Translations under genes and position numbers: made by a program
From: a virus
IMG/VR virus record: IMGVR_UViG_3300030399_000018
Strand: one strand, 5' to 3'
DNA length: 52,734 nt
Notes under the pieces: model-generated
Told to the model about the DNA's origin: nothing
What the model saw: the letters and a program-made list of their open reading frames with translations, nothing else
The model's database searches: none
Part shown: in pieces, positions 41,819-50,226 of the stretch
How positions within the stretch are numbered: position 1 is the first letter of the stretch
How the letters are laid out: every line of letters begins with the position of its first letter

Positions 41819-42601
41819 ATGGCTGACGCAAATACGGAAGTAGGAACAGTTGTACCTGGGGAAGCAGTTGAACTTAGTCCTGTTCAACAAGAAGCAGTTG
41901 CCCAAGGGTGGGTTCCGAAAGAAGAATATGATGGTGATGAAGAACGGTGGGTAGATGCAGGTGAGTTTATCCGTCGTGGCGAGTTGTTCAAGAAGATTGA
42001 ATCCCAATCTAAAGAACTTAAAGATGTTAAGAAGGCTTTGAATGAGCTTGCTAAACACAACTCCAAAGTTCGAGAAGTTGAGTATCAACGTGCAGTAGAA
42101 GCACTTAAAGCCCAGAAAAAGACAGCTTTGTCCGAGGGCGACGCAGAGCGTGTTGTAGAGATTGATGATAGACTTGATCTCGTAAAAGACCAACAGAAAC
42201 AGCTTCAAGCACAACAGATTCAAGAAGCAAATCAAGTTATTGAACAAACAATGCATCCGGAACTTCAGAACTGGGTGTCTAAGAATAGCTGGTATGAGAA
42301 CAACCGTGCAATGCATGCCTGGGCAGATGCCCGTGGAGTGGAATTAGCTCAGGAAGGTCTTGGTGCCCGTGAAGTTCTTAAGACCCTGGAAAAAGAAGTC
42401 AAGGAACGATTTAAAGAAAAGTTCTCCAATCCTAATCGTGAACGAGCTACTGCTGTCGAGGGTAATCTTCCTCGGGGTAAAGTTGCTGGTAGTGATTACG
42501 AATTGTCAGACGTCGAGAAGACAGTTATGAAAACCTTGGTAGATGGCGGTCACATCACCAAAGAAGAGTACATTAAACAGTTGAAGGCCGTTAAGGGCTG
42601 A
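41819..42601 (+). CDS. Putative scaffolding protein
   Basis: 260 aa, highly charged with coiled-coil-like sequence. It lies between the portal and the capsid genes. Confidence 0.55.
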   Translation: MADANTEVGTVVPGEAVELSPVQQEAVAQGWVPKEEYDGDEERWVDAGEFIRRGELFKKIESQSKELKDVKKALNELAKHNSKVREVEYQRAVEALKAQKKTALSEGDAERVVEIDDRLDLVKDQQKQLQAQQIQEANQVIEQTMHPELQNWVSKNSWYENNRAMHAWADARGVELAQEGLGAREVLKTLEKEVKERFKEKFSNPNRERATAVEGNLPRGKVAGSDYELSDVEKTVMKTLVDGGHITKEEYIKQLKAVKG

Positions 42602-42619
42602 TCCTAGAGGATAACAATT

Positions 42620-43054
42620 ATGAACCGCAAAACCGCAAATCAAGAACAAGACGTCGAGGCAACGAGTGTACGCCCAGTTCGAGTCCCTGTTGGAACTCGT
42701 CCCAGAATGTCCGTAGTAGGCAAGAACCCGAATTTTGAATATCGTTGGGTGAATGACTATCCTGGACGTATTGCAGATTTTAAACGAGGTGGATGGGAAG
42801 TCTGTACGAACGAAGAAGTCGACACCGGTAATTTCCGAGTTGAAGAAGGCGGGTCTCCCGGCTCTTTGGCCTGTCAAGTTGTCAATGGTGGAGATGGTAC
42901 AAAAGCTTATGTGATGAAGATCCACAAAGATCTTTATGATGAAGATCAGAAAGCACAAGAGCAGGAAGTTCGTCGCACAGAAGAAACCCTGACGCCTAAT
43001 ACTAATGATGGCGAATATGGCTCAGTTGTTATCGACCGATCAGGTCGTAAGTAA
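42620..43054 (+). CDS. Conserved head-module protein of unknown function
   Basis: 144-aa ORF in the head module (RVPVGTRPRMSVVGKNPNFEYRWVNDYPGRIADFKRGGWEV). No family named with confidence. Confidence 0.55.
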   Translation: MNRKTANQEQDVEATSVRPVRVPVGTRPRMSVVGKNPNFEYRWVNDYPGRIADFKRGGWEVCTNEEVDTGNFRVEEGGSPGSLACQVVNGGDGTKAYVMKIHKDLYDEDQKAQEQEVRRTEETLTPNTNDGEYGSVVIDRSGRK

Positions 43055-43101
43055 AGTGGCTATGTTGGCCATTAAATTTTAAACTTTTGGAGAAAATCTA
43101 A

Positions 43102-43671
43102 ATGGCTAACGTAAGTCGTGTACAGGGTTTGCGCCCTGTCCGTCACCTTGACGGCTCGCCCTGGAATGGGCAACTCACTAAGTATTTCATCGCTGCGAGC
43201 AATGCTGTCGCTCTCTTTAATGGCGACTTGGTGACCCTTGATTCAACCACCGACGCTGCTGGTGTTCCTGGTATCCGTAAATTCGTTATTGGTACTGATG
43301 CTGCTGCTGTTGGTGTTGTTGTTGGCTTTGCAATCAATCCTTTGAACTTGAACAGCCCGCAATATCGTGCTGCATCTACCGCTACGTATGTGTATGTGGC
43401 AGATGCTCCTGATACCTTGTATGAAGTCCAATCTCAAATCACGATTACCGACTTTAACCAAAATGCCGTATTGACCGACGCAGGTGGGTCCACGGTTACT
43501 GGTCAGTCTGGTGAGAGTATTTCCGCAGTTAATACTACGGCAACTTCGATTTTGAAGTTGATGGGTGCTTCGGTAAAGGTAGACAATGACATTACTTCGG
43601 TAAATGCCAAAGTCTTGGTTATGATCAATAACCATCAATTTAGCGGTGGCACCGGCACTGCTGGCGTCTAA
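43102..43671 (+). CDS. Putative head decoration/cement protein
   Basis: 189-aa beta-rich ORF immediately upstream of the capsid gene with a good SD (TGGAGAAAATCTAAATG). The function is assigned from position only. Confidence 0.5.
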   Translation: MANVSRVQGLRPVRHLDGSPWNGQLTKYFIAASNAVALFNGDLVTLDSTTDAAGVPGIRKFVIGTDAAAVGVVVGFAINPLNLNSPQYRAASTATYVYVADAPDTLYEVQSQITITDFNQNAVLTDAGGSTVTGQSGESISAVNTTATSILKLMGASVKVDNDITSVNAKVLVMINNHQFSGGTGTAGV

Positions 43672-43689
43672 GGTTAAAGGAGATATAAA

Positions 43690-44604
43690 ATGGCTGGTAT
43701 TATCAATAGCTCAAGCTTTGCCAAGGCTCTTTGGCCTGGTGTAAATGCTTGGTACGGTAAATCGTACGACGAGTATCCTGTAGAGTGGGATCAGTTGTTC
43801 GAGAAGTTCACATCGCGCAAGCAGTATGAAGAAGATGTTGGTATCTCGTCTTTTGGTCTTGCCAACGTTAAGCCGGAAGGTAATCCGATTCAATATGACT
43901 CGGAGAATCAAACCTTCACGACTCGTTATACTCACATCGTCTATGCTCTTGGGTTTATCATCACCCGAGAAATCATGGAAGATGACCAGTATGATGTAGT
44001 TGGTCAGCGTAAAGCACAAGGTCTTGCTTTCTCGATTCGTCAGACCAAAGAAGTGGTTGGTGCAAACGTCTATAACCGCGCCTTCAATAGCTCGTATATT
44101 GGTGGTGATAACGTGTCGATGATTAATGCAGCACACCCCAACTTTGCTGGCGGTACGTTCTCTAACCAGATCGGCACGGCCGCTGACTTGTCGGAAGCTG
44201 CTCTTGAGCAGGCATGCATCGACATTGCCAACTTCACGAATGATCGTGGTTTGCGTATCGCAGTTCGTCCGCAAAGCTTGATCCTTCCGATTCAGTTGGA
44301 ATTCGAAGCTGAGCGGATCTTGAAGACGGAACGACGGGTTGGTACTGATAACAACGATCTTAATGCGTTGAAGCAGACTGGGCGTTTCCCCAAGGGCATT
44401 GTTCTTAATCACTACCTGACGAACCCGCTGTCGTGGTTTATTCGTACCGATGTGAAGAATGGTCTGAAGATGTTTGAACGGCGTGGTGATGAGTTCGAAA
44501 TGGATAATGATTTCGACACTGAGAATGCCCGCTTCAAAGCAACCTCGCGTTATTCGTTTGGTTGGACTGATCCGCGCTGCATCTACGGCTCGGCTGGCGT
44601 CTAA
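43690..44604 (+). CDS. Putative major capsid protein
   Basis: 304-aa ORF with a strong SD (AAAGGAGAT). It lies after the scaffold and decoration genes and is followed by a GC hairpin. Assigned from synteny and size; I recalled no motif-level match. Confidence 0.65.
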   Translation: MAGIINSSSFAKALWPGVNAWYGKSYDEYPVEWDQLFEKFTSRKQYEEDVGISSFGLANVKPEGNPIQYDSENQTFTTRYTHIVYALGFIITREIMEDDQYDVVGQRKAQGLAFSIRQTKEVVGANVYNRAFNSSYIGGDNVSMINAAHPNFAGGTFSNQIGTAADLSEAALEQACIDIANFTNDRGLRIAVRPQSLILPIQLEFEAERILKTERRVGTDNNDLNALKQTGRFPKGIVLNHYLTNPLSWFIRTDVKNGLKMFERRGDEFEMDNDFDTENARFKATSRYSFGWTDPRCIYGSAGV

Positions 44605-44609
44605 TAATC

Positions 44610-44636
44610 GCACCCCCTTTTGGGGGTGCTCCTTTG
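44610..44636 (+). terminator. GC hairpin / partial terminator after the capsid gene
   Basis: GCACCCCC-TTTT-GGGGGTGC followed by TCCTTTGG, a weak U-run. Confidence 0.5.
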
Positions 44637-44646
44637 GAGAATAATT

Positions 44647-45108
44647 ATGGGTTATAAGCAACAAGATATTGTTCCGCTGAATGCGGCCTATCCTGATGCA
44701 TTGAATCCCGTCCGCAAAGAATACGCCATTGTTCCGTTTCAGGTACTTCGCACTGATACTGGTGCAACGATTAAAAAGGCTGTTCTTCCCGCTGACGCTA
44801 CGATTCTCGGTATCCGTATGTACATTCAAACTGCATCTAATGCAGGTACTACGGCCACCGTTACGCTGACTGGTCAGGGTGTTGGTCCCACTGGTGCAAC
44901 ATTCGCTTTTGGTACGTTCAGTGTTTTGACGACGGGCACTAGTCTGTTGAACACAACGGTTAACACTGTAACTGGTGTTTTCAATCTGGAGCGTCCTCCG
45001 GCAGTACAAACTTCTGGGGATATTTATATCTATGCCCAGTATGCTGAAACCGGTACTGCATCGACTGCGGGTGGTCCATTCTACTTCGTTGTAGAATACA
45101 CTCGATAA
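44647..45108 (+). CDS. Virion structural-module protein of unknown function
   Basis: The ATG at 44647 follows a GGAG. The ORF-track start at 44620 lies inside the hairpin. Confidence 0.55.
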   Translation: MGYKQQDIVPLNAAYPDALNPVRKEYAIVPFQVLRTDTGATIKKAVLPADATILGIRMYIQTASNAGTTATVTLTGQGVGPTGATFAFGTFSVLTTGTSLLNTTVNTVTGVFNLERPPAVQTSGDIYIYAQYAETGTASTAGGPFYFVVEYTR

Positions 45109-45111
45109 TTG

Positions 45112-45138
45112 AGGGGGCTTCGGCCCCTTCCTTTTCTT
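45112..45138 (+). terminator. Rho-independent terminator
   Basis: AGGGGGC-TTCG-GCCCCTT followed by CCTTTTCTT. Confidence 0.7.
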
Positions 45139-45157
45139 ACTTTATCTAGGACATACC

Positions 45158-45472
45158 ATGCGCCGCGTAATACAAGCAATTACTGGTATCGCCAACGGCG
45201 CTACCGTTCCTGTAGATTCTCGTTCCACAAACTTCGGCATCGGTTTCGGTGTTGTTATTAGTGGGACTATTACCTACACTGTGCAGCACACGTTTGATGA
45301 TATTTATAATCCCGCTGTAACTCCAACATGGTTTAACAATGCGTATGCAGTAGCCCAAACTGCTAATATCGACGGCAATTATGCCTTCCCTGTTGCGGCT
45401 ATTCGCCTTATCACCACAGCCGGAACTGGTACAGCCACTATGACAGCTCTGTTTAACGCAGGTCAAGGTTAA
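45158..45472 (+). CDS. Structural-module hypothetical protein
   Basis: 104-aa ORF after the terminator, upstream of the fiber genes. Confidence 0.5.
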   Translation: MRRVIQAITGIANGATVPVDSRSTNFGIGFGVVISGTITYTVQHTFDDIYNPAVTPTWFNNAYAVAQTANIDGNYAFPVAAIRLITTAGTGTATMTALFNAGQG

Positions 45473-45473
45473 C

Positions 45474-45650
45474 ATGGCAGTGACAACTACTCCGTCGGTG
45501 TCTTATCCGACTCATACATCTAAAGGTACTGGGGTAACGCAAGTACCCAGTGTCTCCATATTTAGTACAGTTTCAGCAGACCAGCTCCTCCTGCTTACGG
45601 GCGGAAATCTGCTTCTAATGTCTGGTGGTGATTGGATGCAGGTACAATAA
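45474..45650 (+). CDS. Small ORF (58 aa) ending in an LLLLTGGNLLLMSGG motif
   Basis: Hand translation gives MAVTTTPSVSYPTHTSKGTGVTQVPSVSIFSTVSADQLLLLTGGNLLLMSGGDWMQVQ. The ATG lies 2 nt after the upstream stop. Confidence 0.3.
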   Translation: MAVTTTPSVSYPTHTSKGTGVTQVPSVSIFSTVSADQLLLLTGGNLLLMSGGDWMQVQ

Positions 45651-46663
45651 CATGGGCGACTATTATGGCCACTAATCAAAACGTAACACAACTGACGGCA
45701 CAGGCTACCTACGACACCACCTCATTGTTCTACGCAGTGGGTGCTTCTGGTACAACTGATACCAAACTTCCTGGGACGGTGCTTCTAACGAACACGGCCC
45801 TCACGGGTGTTCCTACGGCCCCCACAGCGGCTACGGCAACCAACACAACTCAGATTGCCTCGACAGCATATGTCCAAACTAACCTGGGCAGTTATCTTAC
45901 CTCAGCAATTGCTGCAACCACCTACGCTCCATTGGCCTCCCCCACATTCACCGGGACGGTAACAATCCCGACCGGGGCCTCTATTTCTGGCTACGCTCCC
46001 TTAGCTAGCCCCACATTTACCGGATCTCCTGTAGTTCCTGGGTATCTTACTACAGCGGCAGCAGGCTCGACATATGCCCCGCTAGCATCGCCCACTTTTA
46101 CTGGGACTGTTGTTATTCCGACTGTTACCATCAGTGGTGGCACTGTGAATAGTGCTACGATTGGTGCCACAACGGCGGCTAGTGGCAAGTTCACTACACT
46201 ACAAGCAACCAGCACAATAACCCCATCAACTACTTCTGGTGTGGTTGGGACTACTTTGGCGGATAATGCCAATGCTGGAAGTATTGGAGAATTCTTGTCC
46301 AATTCGACTACAGGCACCGGCATTACATCTGGAAATACGGTCAATGCCACCAGCCTCTCTTTGACGGCTGGTGATTGGGATGTGTGGGGTCAGGCGTTGT
46401 TTATCCCCACAGCCGGGAGTATTGTTGTGGGATTAAATGCAGGACTGGGTACTGTTAGTGCAACATTACCGTCCCCGCCCGCAGCAATAGAGCTTGGGAT
46501 CACACTAGCGACTGGTGCGGCAGGAACTACCGGGCTTAACGTCACAGGGACTAGATTCAACGTATCAACAACTACCACTGTCTTTCTAACTGCTGAGGCT
46601 AACAGTGTCACAGTTGCTTCTGCTTCGGTAAATGGGTATATCTTTGCCCGTCGTAGGCGTTAA
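45632..46663 (+). CDS. Tail fiber protein with phage tail-fibre repeats (start TTG 45632 or ATG 45665)
   Basis: It has LTGVPTAPTAATATNTTQIASTAYV and three copies of YAPLASPTFTG, both classic tail-fibre repeat signatures. Confidence 0.8.
   Translation: MDAGTITWATIMATNQNVTQLTAQATYDTTSLFYAVGASGTTDTKLPGTVLLTNTALTGVPTAPTAATATNTTQIASTAYVQTNLGSYLTSAIAATTYAPLASPTFTGTVTIPTGASISGYAPLASPTFTGSPVVPGYLTTAAAGSTYAPLASPTFTGTVVIPTVTISGGTVNSATIGATTAASGKFTTLQATSTITPSTTSGVVGTTLADNANAGSIGEFLSNSTTGTGITSGNTVNATSLSLTAGDWDVWGQALFIPTAGSIVVGLNAGLGTVSATLPSPPAAIELGITLATGAAGTTGLNVTGTRFNVSTTTTVFLTAEANSVTVASASVNGYIFARRRR
45923..46105 (+). repeat. Three in-frame copies of the YAPLASPTFTG tail-fibre repeat
   Basis: The copies begin at 45923, 45992 and 46073. 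Confidence 0.8.
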
Positions 46664-46665
46664 CT

Positions 46666-47103
46666 ATGGCCCGTAATTATTTTAAATCGGGTGAGTGGAA
46701 TGTTTATTGCATGGTGTGCAATAGAAAGGTTAAGGCCAGCCAAATTTTAAAGCGGTGGGATGGGTTGTTAGTTTGTCAGGATGATTACGAAAATCGTCAT
46801 CCGATGGATTTTCTCCGGGCTAGACAAGAGCGGATATCTGTTCCCTTCACTAGCGACACCTCTTTCGATCTGTTCGATGGCCCCACCTATCCGGTGTATC
46901 CATTCTGTACACAAGAGGGCTCTAGTGGGGTTGCTGGATTTGCTGTAGCGGGTTGTGCTAGACCAGGACTGGGCTTTCCCAATGGACTGCCCGTAACTCA
47001 ACCAGAAATTCCTGATGAACCAACCACGATTCCTATCGCACTGATGTCTGGAGCCACCCTGCTCTTAGTATCTGGCGGTACTTTAAACTCAATGAATCTA
47101 TGA
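46666..47103 (+). CDS. Cys-cluster tail-associated protein of unknown function
   Basis: CMVCNRKVKASQILKRWDGLLVCQDDYENRHPMDF, with a C-terminal ALMSGATLLLVSGGTL motif. Confidence 0.6.
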   Translation: MARNYFKSGEWNVYCMVCNRKVKASQILKRWDGLLVCQDDYENRHPMDFLRARQERISVPFTSDTSFDLFDGPTYPVYPFCTQEGSSGVAGFAVAGCARPGLGFPNGLPVTQPEIPDEPTTIPIALMSGATLLLVSGGTLNSMNL

Positions 47104-47300
47104 ATGATATCAATGAACGTATCGCAATACTAGAAGAGCGCTCTGATCGTCATGAGCTTTCTGACAGCGAGATTCTAAAAGAAGTAAAAGCAATCCGCGC
47201 CGACATTAATCGATACAAGGGATTTCTAGGAGCTATCTGGTTCTGTGTCTCTTGTGTCGGTATCTTTTTCAGCGCATTTAAATTCTTCCATAAAGGTTAA
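47100..47300 (+). CDS. XhlA-like small membrane protein (lysis-associated candidate)
   Basis: An N-terminal coiled coil (INERIAILEERSDRHE) plus a single C-terminal TM segment (FLGAIWFCVSCVGIFFSAF). It has an ATGA overlap upstream. Confidence 0.55.
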   Translation: MNDINERIAILEERSDRHELSDSEILKEVKAIRADINRYKGFLGAIWFCVSCVGIFFSAFKFFHKG

Positions 47301-47305
47301 AGATC

Positions 47306-47734
47306 ATGGCTTTTGGACTTGACGACATCATCGGGGCTGGTTTAGAAATTATCAACAAGTTCATTCCCGATCCCGCTGCTAAAGCACAAGCTGCCTACCA
47401 AATGGCACAGCTTCAGCAACAAGAACAATTCAAAGAGTTGGATGTGCAGATTCAAACCATCCAAGCTCAGACGGATTCCAATAAGGCTGAAGCAGCCAGC
47501 ACCAGTGTATTCGTGTCCGGTTGGCGTCCCTTTATCGGTTGGATTTGCGGCGCAGGTTGTGGCTGGAACTGGATTGGACTGCCTGTTGCTACCTTTGCCT
47601 CTACAGCCTTCGGCTACCCTATTCATGTGGCTCCTGCGGATATCTCCCAGATGCTGCCACTGTTGATGGGAATGCTTGGTCTTGGTGCAATGAGAACTGT
47701 TGAAAAACTGAACGGCATCAACGCAGGACAATAA
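47306..47734 (+). CDS. 3-TM holin of the gene-transfer-agent holin type
   Basis: IINKFIPDPAAKAQA...QTDSNKAEAASTSVFVSGWRPFIGWICGAG, followed by further hydrophobic segments. This matches the GTA_holin_3TM pattern as I remember it. Confidence 0.65.
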   Translation: MAFGLDDIIGAGLEIINKFIPDPAAKAQAAYQMAQLQQQEQFKELDVQIQTIQAQTDSNKAEAASTSVFVSGWRPFIGWICGAGCGWNWIGLPVATFASTAFGYPIHVAPADISQMLPLLMGMLGLGAMRTVEKLNGINAGQ

Positions 47735-47737
47735 TCA

Positions 47738-49474
47738 ATGGCAATTAACATGACGTTCACGGATTACAATACGATAATCCCCTCAGATTGGTTGAACAAT
47801 GTAAACACGGCCGTCAACACAACGCTCCCAGGAATCCCCGCCCAACTAGCGGTACTGACAGCCAAGGCAGTTATTAGTCTAACTGACTATGGTTGTAAAT
47901 GCAATGGAACTACTAATGATACCACGGCCGTTTTGGCAGCTATTACAGCGATTGGTAGTTCCAAGGTAACTTTGGTAGTTCCTGGACCCACTCTAATCAG
48001 TGGCAACGTCACCTTCGCACCCAACACCATTTTGTCTATTCCTCACCAAGGTGGGTTTGTTGGAGTTGCAGGCACCGAACAAGTATACGCCCAAGCCCAG
48101 ATTGATGCTGGGGCATATCAAATCTTTACCAATTGTGCTCCTCTGACATCTATCGCTCAGTTTATATATCCGGAGTGGTTTGGGGCAGCAGTTGGTGGCA
48201 CAGACACAGTTAATTTGGCAGCCTTCCAAGCTGCAAGTAACTATCTCCAATTTACCGGGGGCACCATACAGGCGGGATTTGGCATCTATCCAATATCTGC
48301 CAACTTTAACATTGGAACGCAAACTGGTAGCGTGGGACAAAATATCAGATTCCAGGGCCGTGGCGAAAATATTACAACCTTTAACCTGACAAATGCAAAT
48401 AATGGATTTTTGCAGGTTCTTGGGGCTAGTGCCTCTACATTGCAGGGGATTAACCTTAAAGATTTTTCTATAACTAAGACTCCAGCCCCCACAGGGGGAG
48501 TGGGGATTTTCCTTCAATACACAGCTCTAGCCAAACTATCTAATATCCATGTCTCTGGAATGCTTCAGGGAATTGGGTTGTTGGGGGCCGGTAACACCAT
48601 TTTAGATGATATTCTGGTCAACATCACCGGATCTGCCAACAATTGTGATGGGTATGATATTAATGGTGGTGGGGCTAATGTTGGGGGCAATGCCAGCTCT
48701 GTATTTAATCGGTGTTATGTGGATGCTTCTCAATCCACAGGTACTGGTCATATTGGCTTTAAGTCATACGGCGCTTATGTTTCAGATCTCCAATTTATCG
48801 CCTGTGAGACAGCAGATGCTCCTTCGGGGTACTACTTCGACATGACCGCCTCCGCCAATGCGGGGAATGAGGATGTTCAGTTGATTAATTGTCGAGCAGA
48901 CAGTGTGTCTGTCAATGCTGTGTTCGTCAATGGTGCAGGTAGTGTTGGTTCTGCTGACTCCATGGTTTCTATCATTGGAGGGTGGTTCAACTGCAAATCT
49001 ATCCTTGCCGAAGTTGATCTTCTTTTCTTTAATAACTGCCGTGGTATTTCAATATCTGGGGGAACTCAGCTCTATGCCGCAGCCGGAGCAGCTTTCGCCA
49101 CTCATGTGAAGTTGGCAAACTGCAACAATATCACAATCTCGAATGACACTATCTTCAGTGAAATGAAGTATGGGGTATACATGACCAGTTGTGGCTACAG
49201 TCAGATTGGTGGTCGTTTTTATAGTAGTGCGGGCACACCAGCTACTAACTTTGTAGTGGGCTCAGCTTGCGCTCGCGTACTGGTCACATCTTCTACATTT
49301 GATGGCTTCTGTGCTGGTAATGTAGTTAATTTCGATAGTTCGTCGGTAGGGTGTGGAATTCTTACCTCTACCCTGAATGCCGCTACTTTGACTAATACCC
49401 CCCGAATACTGAACTCCTCAGCGAGTCCTATTGGCAGTTCAGATGGCTCAACAGGTTTAAACAGCGGAGTTTAA
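47738..49474 (+). CDS. Tailspike / depolymerase with a pectate-lyase-like right-handed beta-helix
   Basis: LTDYGCKCNGTTNDTTAVLAAI resembles the DFGA.GDG.TDDT.AIQ.AI cap motif. The body is a long G/N/S/T/V-rich repetitive region of 578 aa. Confidence 0.75.
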   Translation: MAINMTFTDYNTIIPSDWLNNVNTAVNTTLPGIPAQLAVLTAKAVISLTDYGCKCNGTTNDTTAVLAAITAIGSSKVTLVVPGPTLISGNVTFAPNTILSIPHQGGFVGVAGTEQVYAQAQIDAGAYQIFTNCAPLTSIAQFIYPEWFGAAVGGTDTVNLAAFQAASNYLQFTGGTIQAGFGIYPISANFNIGTQTGSVGQNIRFQGRGENITTFNLTNANNGFLQVLGASASTLQGINLKDFSITKTPAPTGGVGIFLQYTALAKLSNIHVSGMLQGIGLLGAGNTILDDILVNITGSANNCDGYDINGGGANVGGNASSVFNRCYVDASQSTGTGHIGFKSYGAYVSDLQFIACETADAPSGYYFDMTASANAGNEDVQLINCRADSVSVNAVFVNGAGSVGSADSMVSIIGGWFNCKSILAEVDLLFFNNCRGISISGGTQLYAAAGAAFATHVKLANCNNITISNDTIFSEMKYGVYMTSCGYSQIGGRFYSSAGTPATNFVVGSACARVLVTSSTFDGFCAGNVVNFDSSSVGCGILTSTLNAATLTNTPRILNSSASPIGSSDGSTGLNSGV

Positions 49475-49476
49475 TT

Positions 49477-50226
49477 ATGGCAATATCTGGTGATGCAAGT
49501 TGGAACATGACACGGGATGCCATCATCAATGCTGCCTTTCGTAAGATTGGTGTGTCGGTTGATGGTGCCACAGCGTCCTCGACTCAGCTAGTTAATGCCC
49601 AAGAAGCTCTGAACAATGTGGTATTTTCTCTCTATGCTCAGGGCATGCCTGTGTGGGCCATGACCACCACTTCCTTTACCCCGGTGTTAGGTCAGGTGGC
49701 ATATCCCGTGGGTCTTGGACTGGGCGTGGGTAACTTGAATATTCAGGCACCCCTGAAGATCGTGCAGGCATTCAGCCGGGATAATATCAGCAACACCGAT
49801 ATCCCAATGAACATCTATACCCAGTATAACTATAATCTGCTGAGTACAAAGATCAATGAGGGATATCCTGTACACCTTTGGTATCAGCCGTTAAATCAAG
49901 CCGGGACTATCACAATTTGGCCAGCGCCGGACCAATACACGGCAACTAATCGCTCGATCTATTTTGTGTATCAACGGGCATTTGACCAGTTTGATGCTGG
50001 GACAGATACTCCGGACTTTCCTCAGGTTTGGCTTGAGCCTTTGATTTATTCCCTGGCTCACCGACTCTCTCCGGAATTCGGCTTGCCTTTATCGGAACAG
50101 GATAAACTTAATGAGACGGCTTCCAGCCTAGTGACTAATGCACTCAGCTTTGGCACGGAAGAGGGCAGTTTCTTCATTCAACCTGATTGGGTTGTTATGG
50201 GCATGGGGGGAGGTAATCCAATATAA
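49477..50226 (+). CDS. Putative head-to-tail adaptor
   Basis: 249-aa ORF directly upstream of the gp10-like gene. The N-terminus (RDAIINAAFRKIGV...AQEALNNVVFSLYAQG) is typical of podovirus adaptor-type proteins as I recall them. Assigned mostly from position. Confidence 0.5.
   Translation: MAISGDASWNMTRDAIINAAFRKIGVSVDGATASSTQLVNAQEALNNVVFSLYAQGMPVWAMTTTSFTPVLGQVAYPVGLGLGVGNLNIQAPLKIVQAFSRDNISNTDIPMNIYTQYNYNLLSTKINEGYPVHLWYQPLNQAGTITIWPAPDQYTATNRSIYFVYQRAFDQFDAGTDTPDFPQVWLEPLIYSLAHRLSPEFGLPLSEQDKLNETASSLVTNALSFGTEEGSFFIQPDWVVMGMGGGNPI

Noticed and set aside
41696-42316. 206-aa ORF antisense to the scaffold gene
   Set aside because: It is a Leu/Phe/Asn-rich shadow of a Lys/Glu-rich coiled-coil gene, with no translation signals.
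43711-45009. 432-aa ORF antisense to the major capsid gene and the following gene
   Set aside because: It is striking in length, but it crosses a sense-strand hairpin and intergenic region and has no RBS. Its composition is Arg/Ser/Thr/Ile-skewed, typical of the antisense frame of a highly expressed gene. The sense ORFs have SDs and synteny support.
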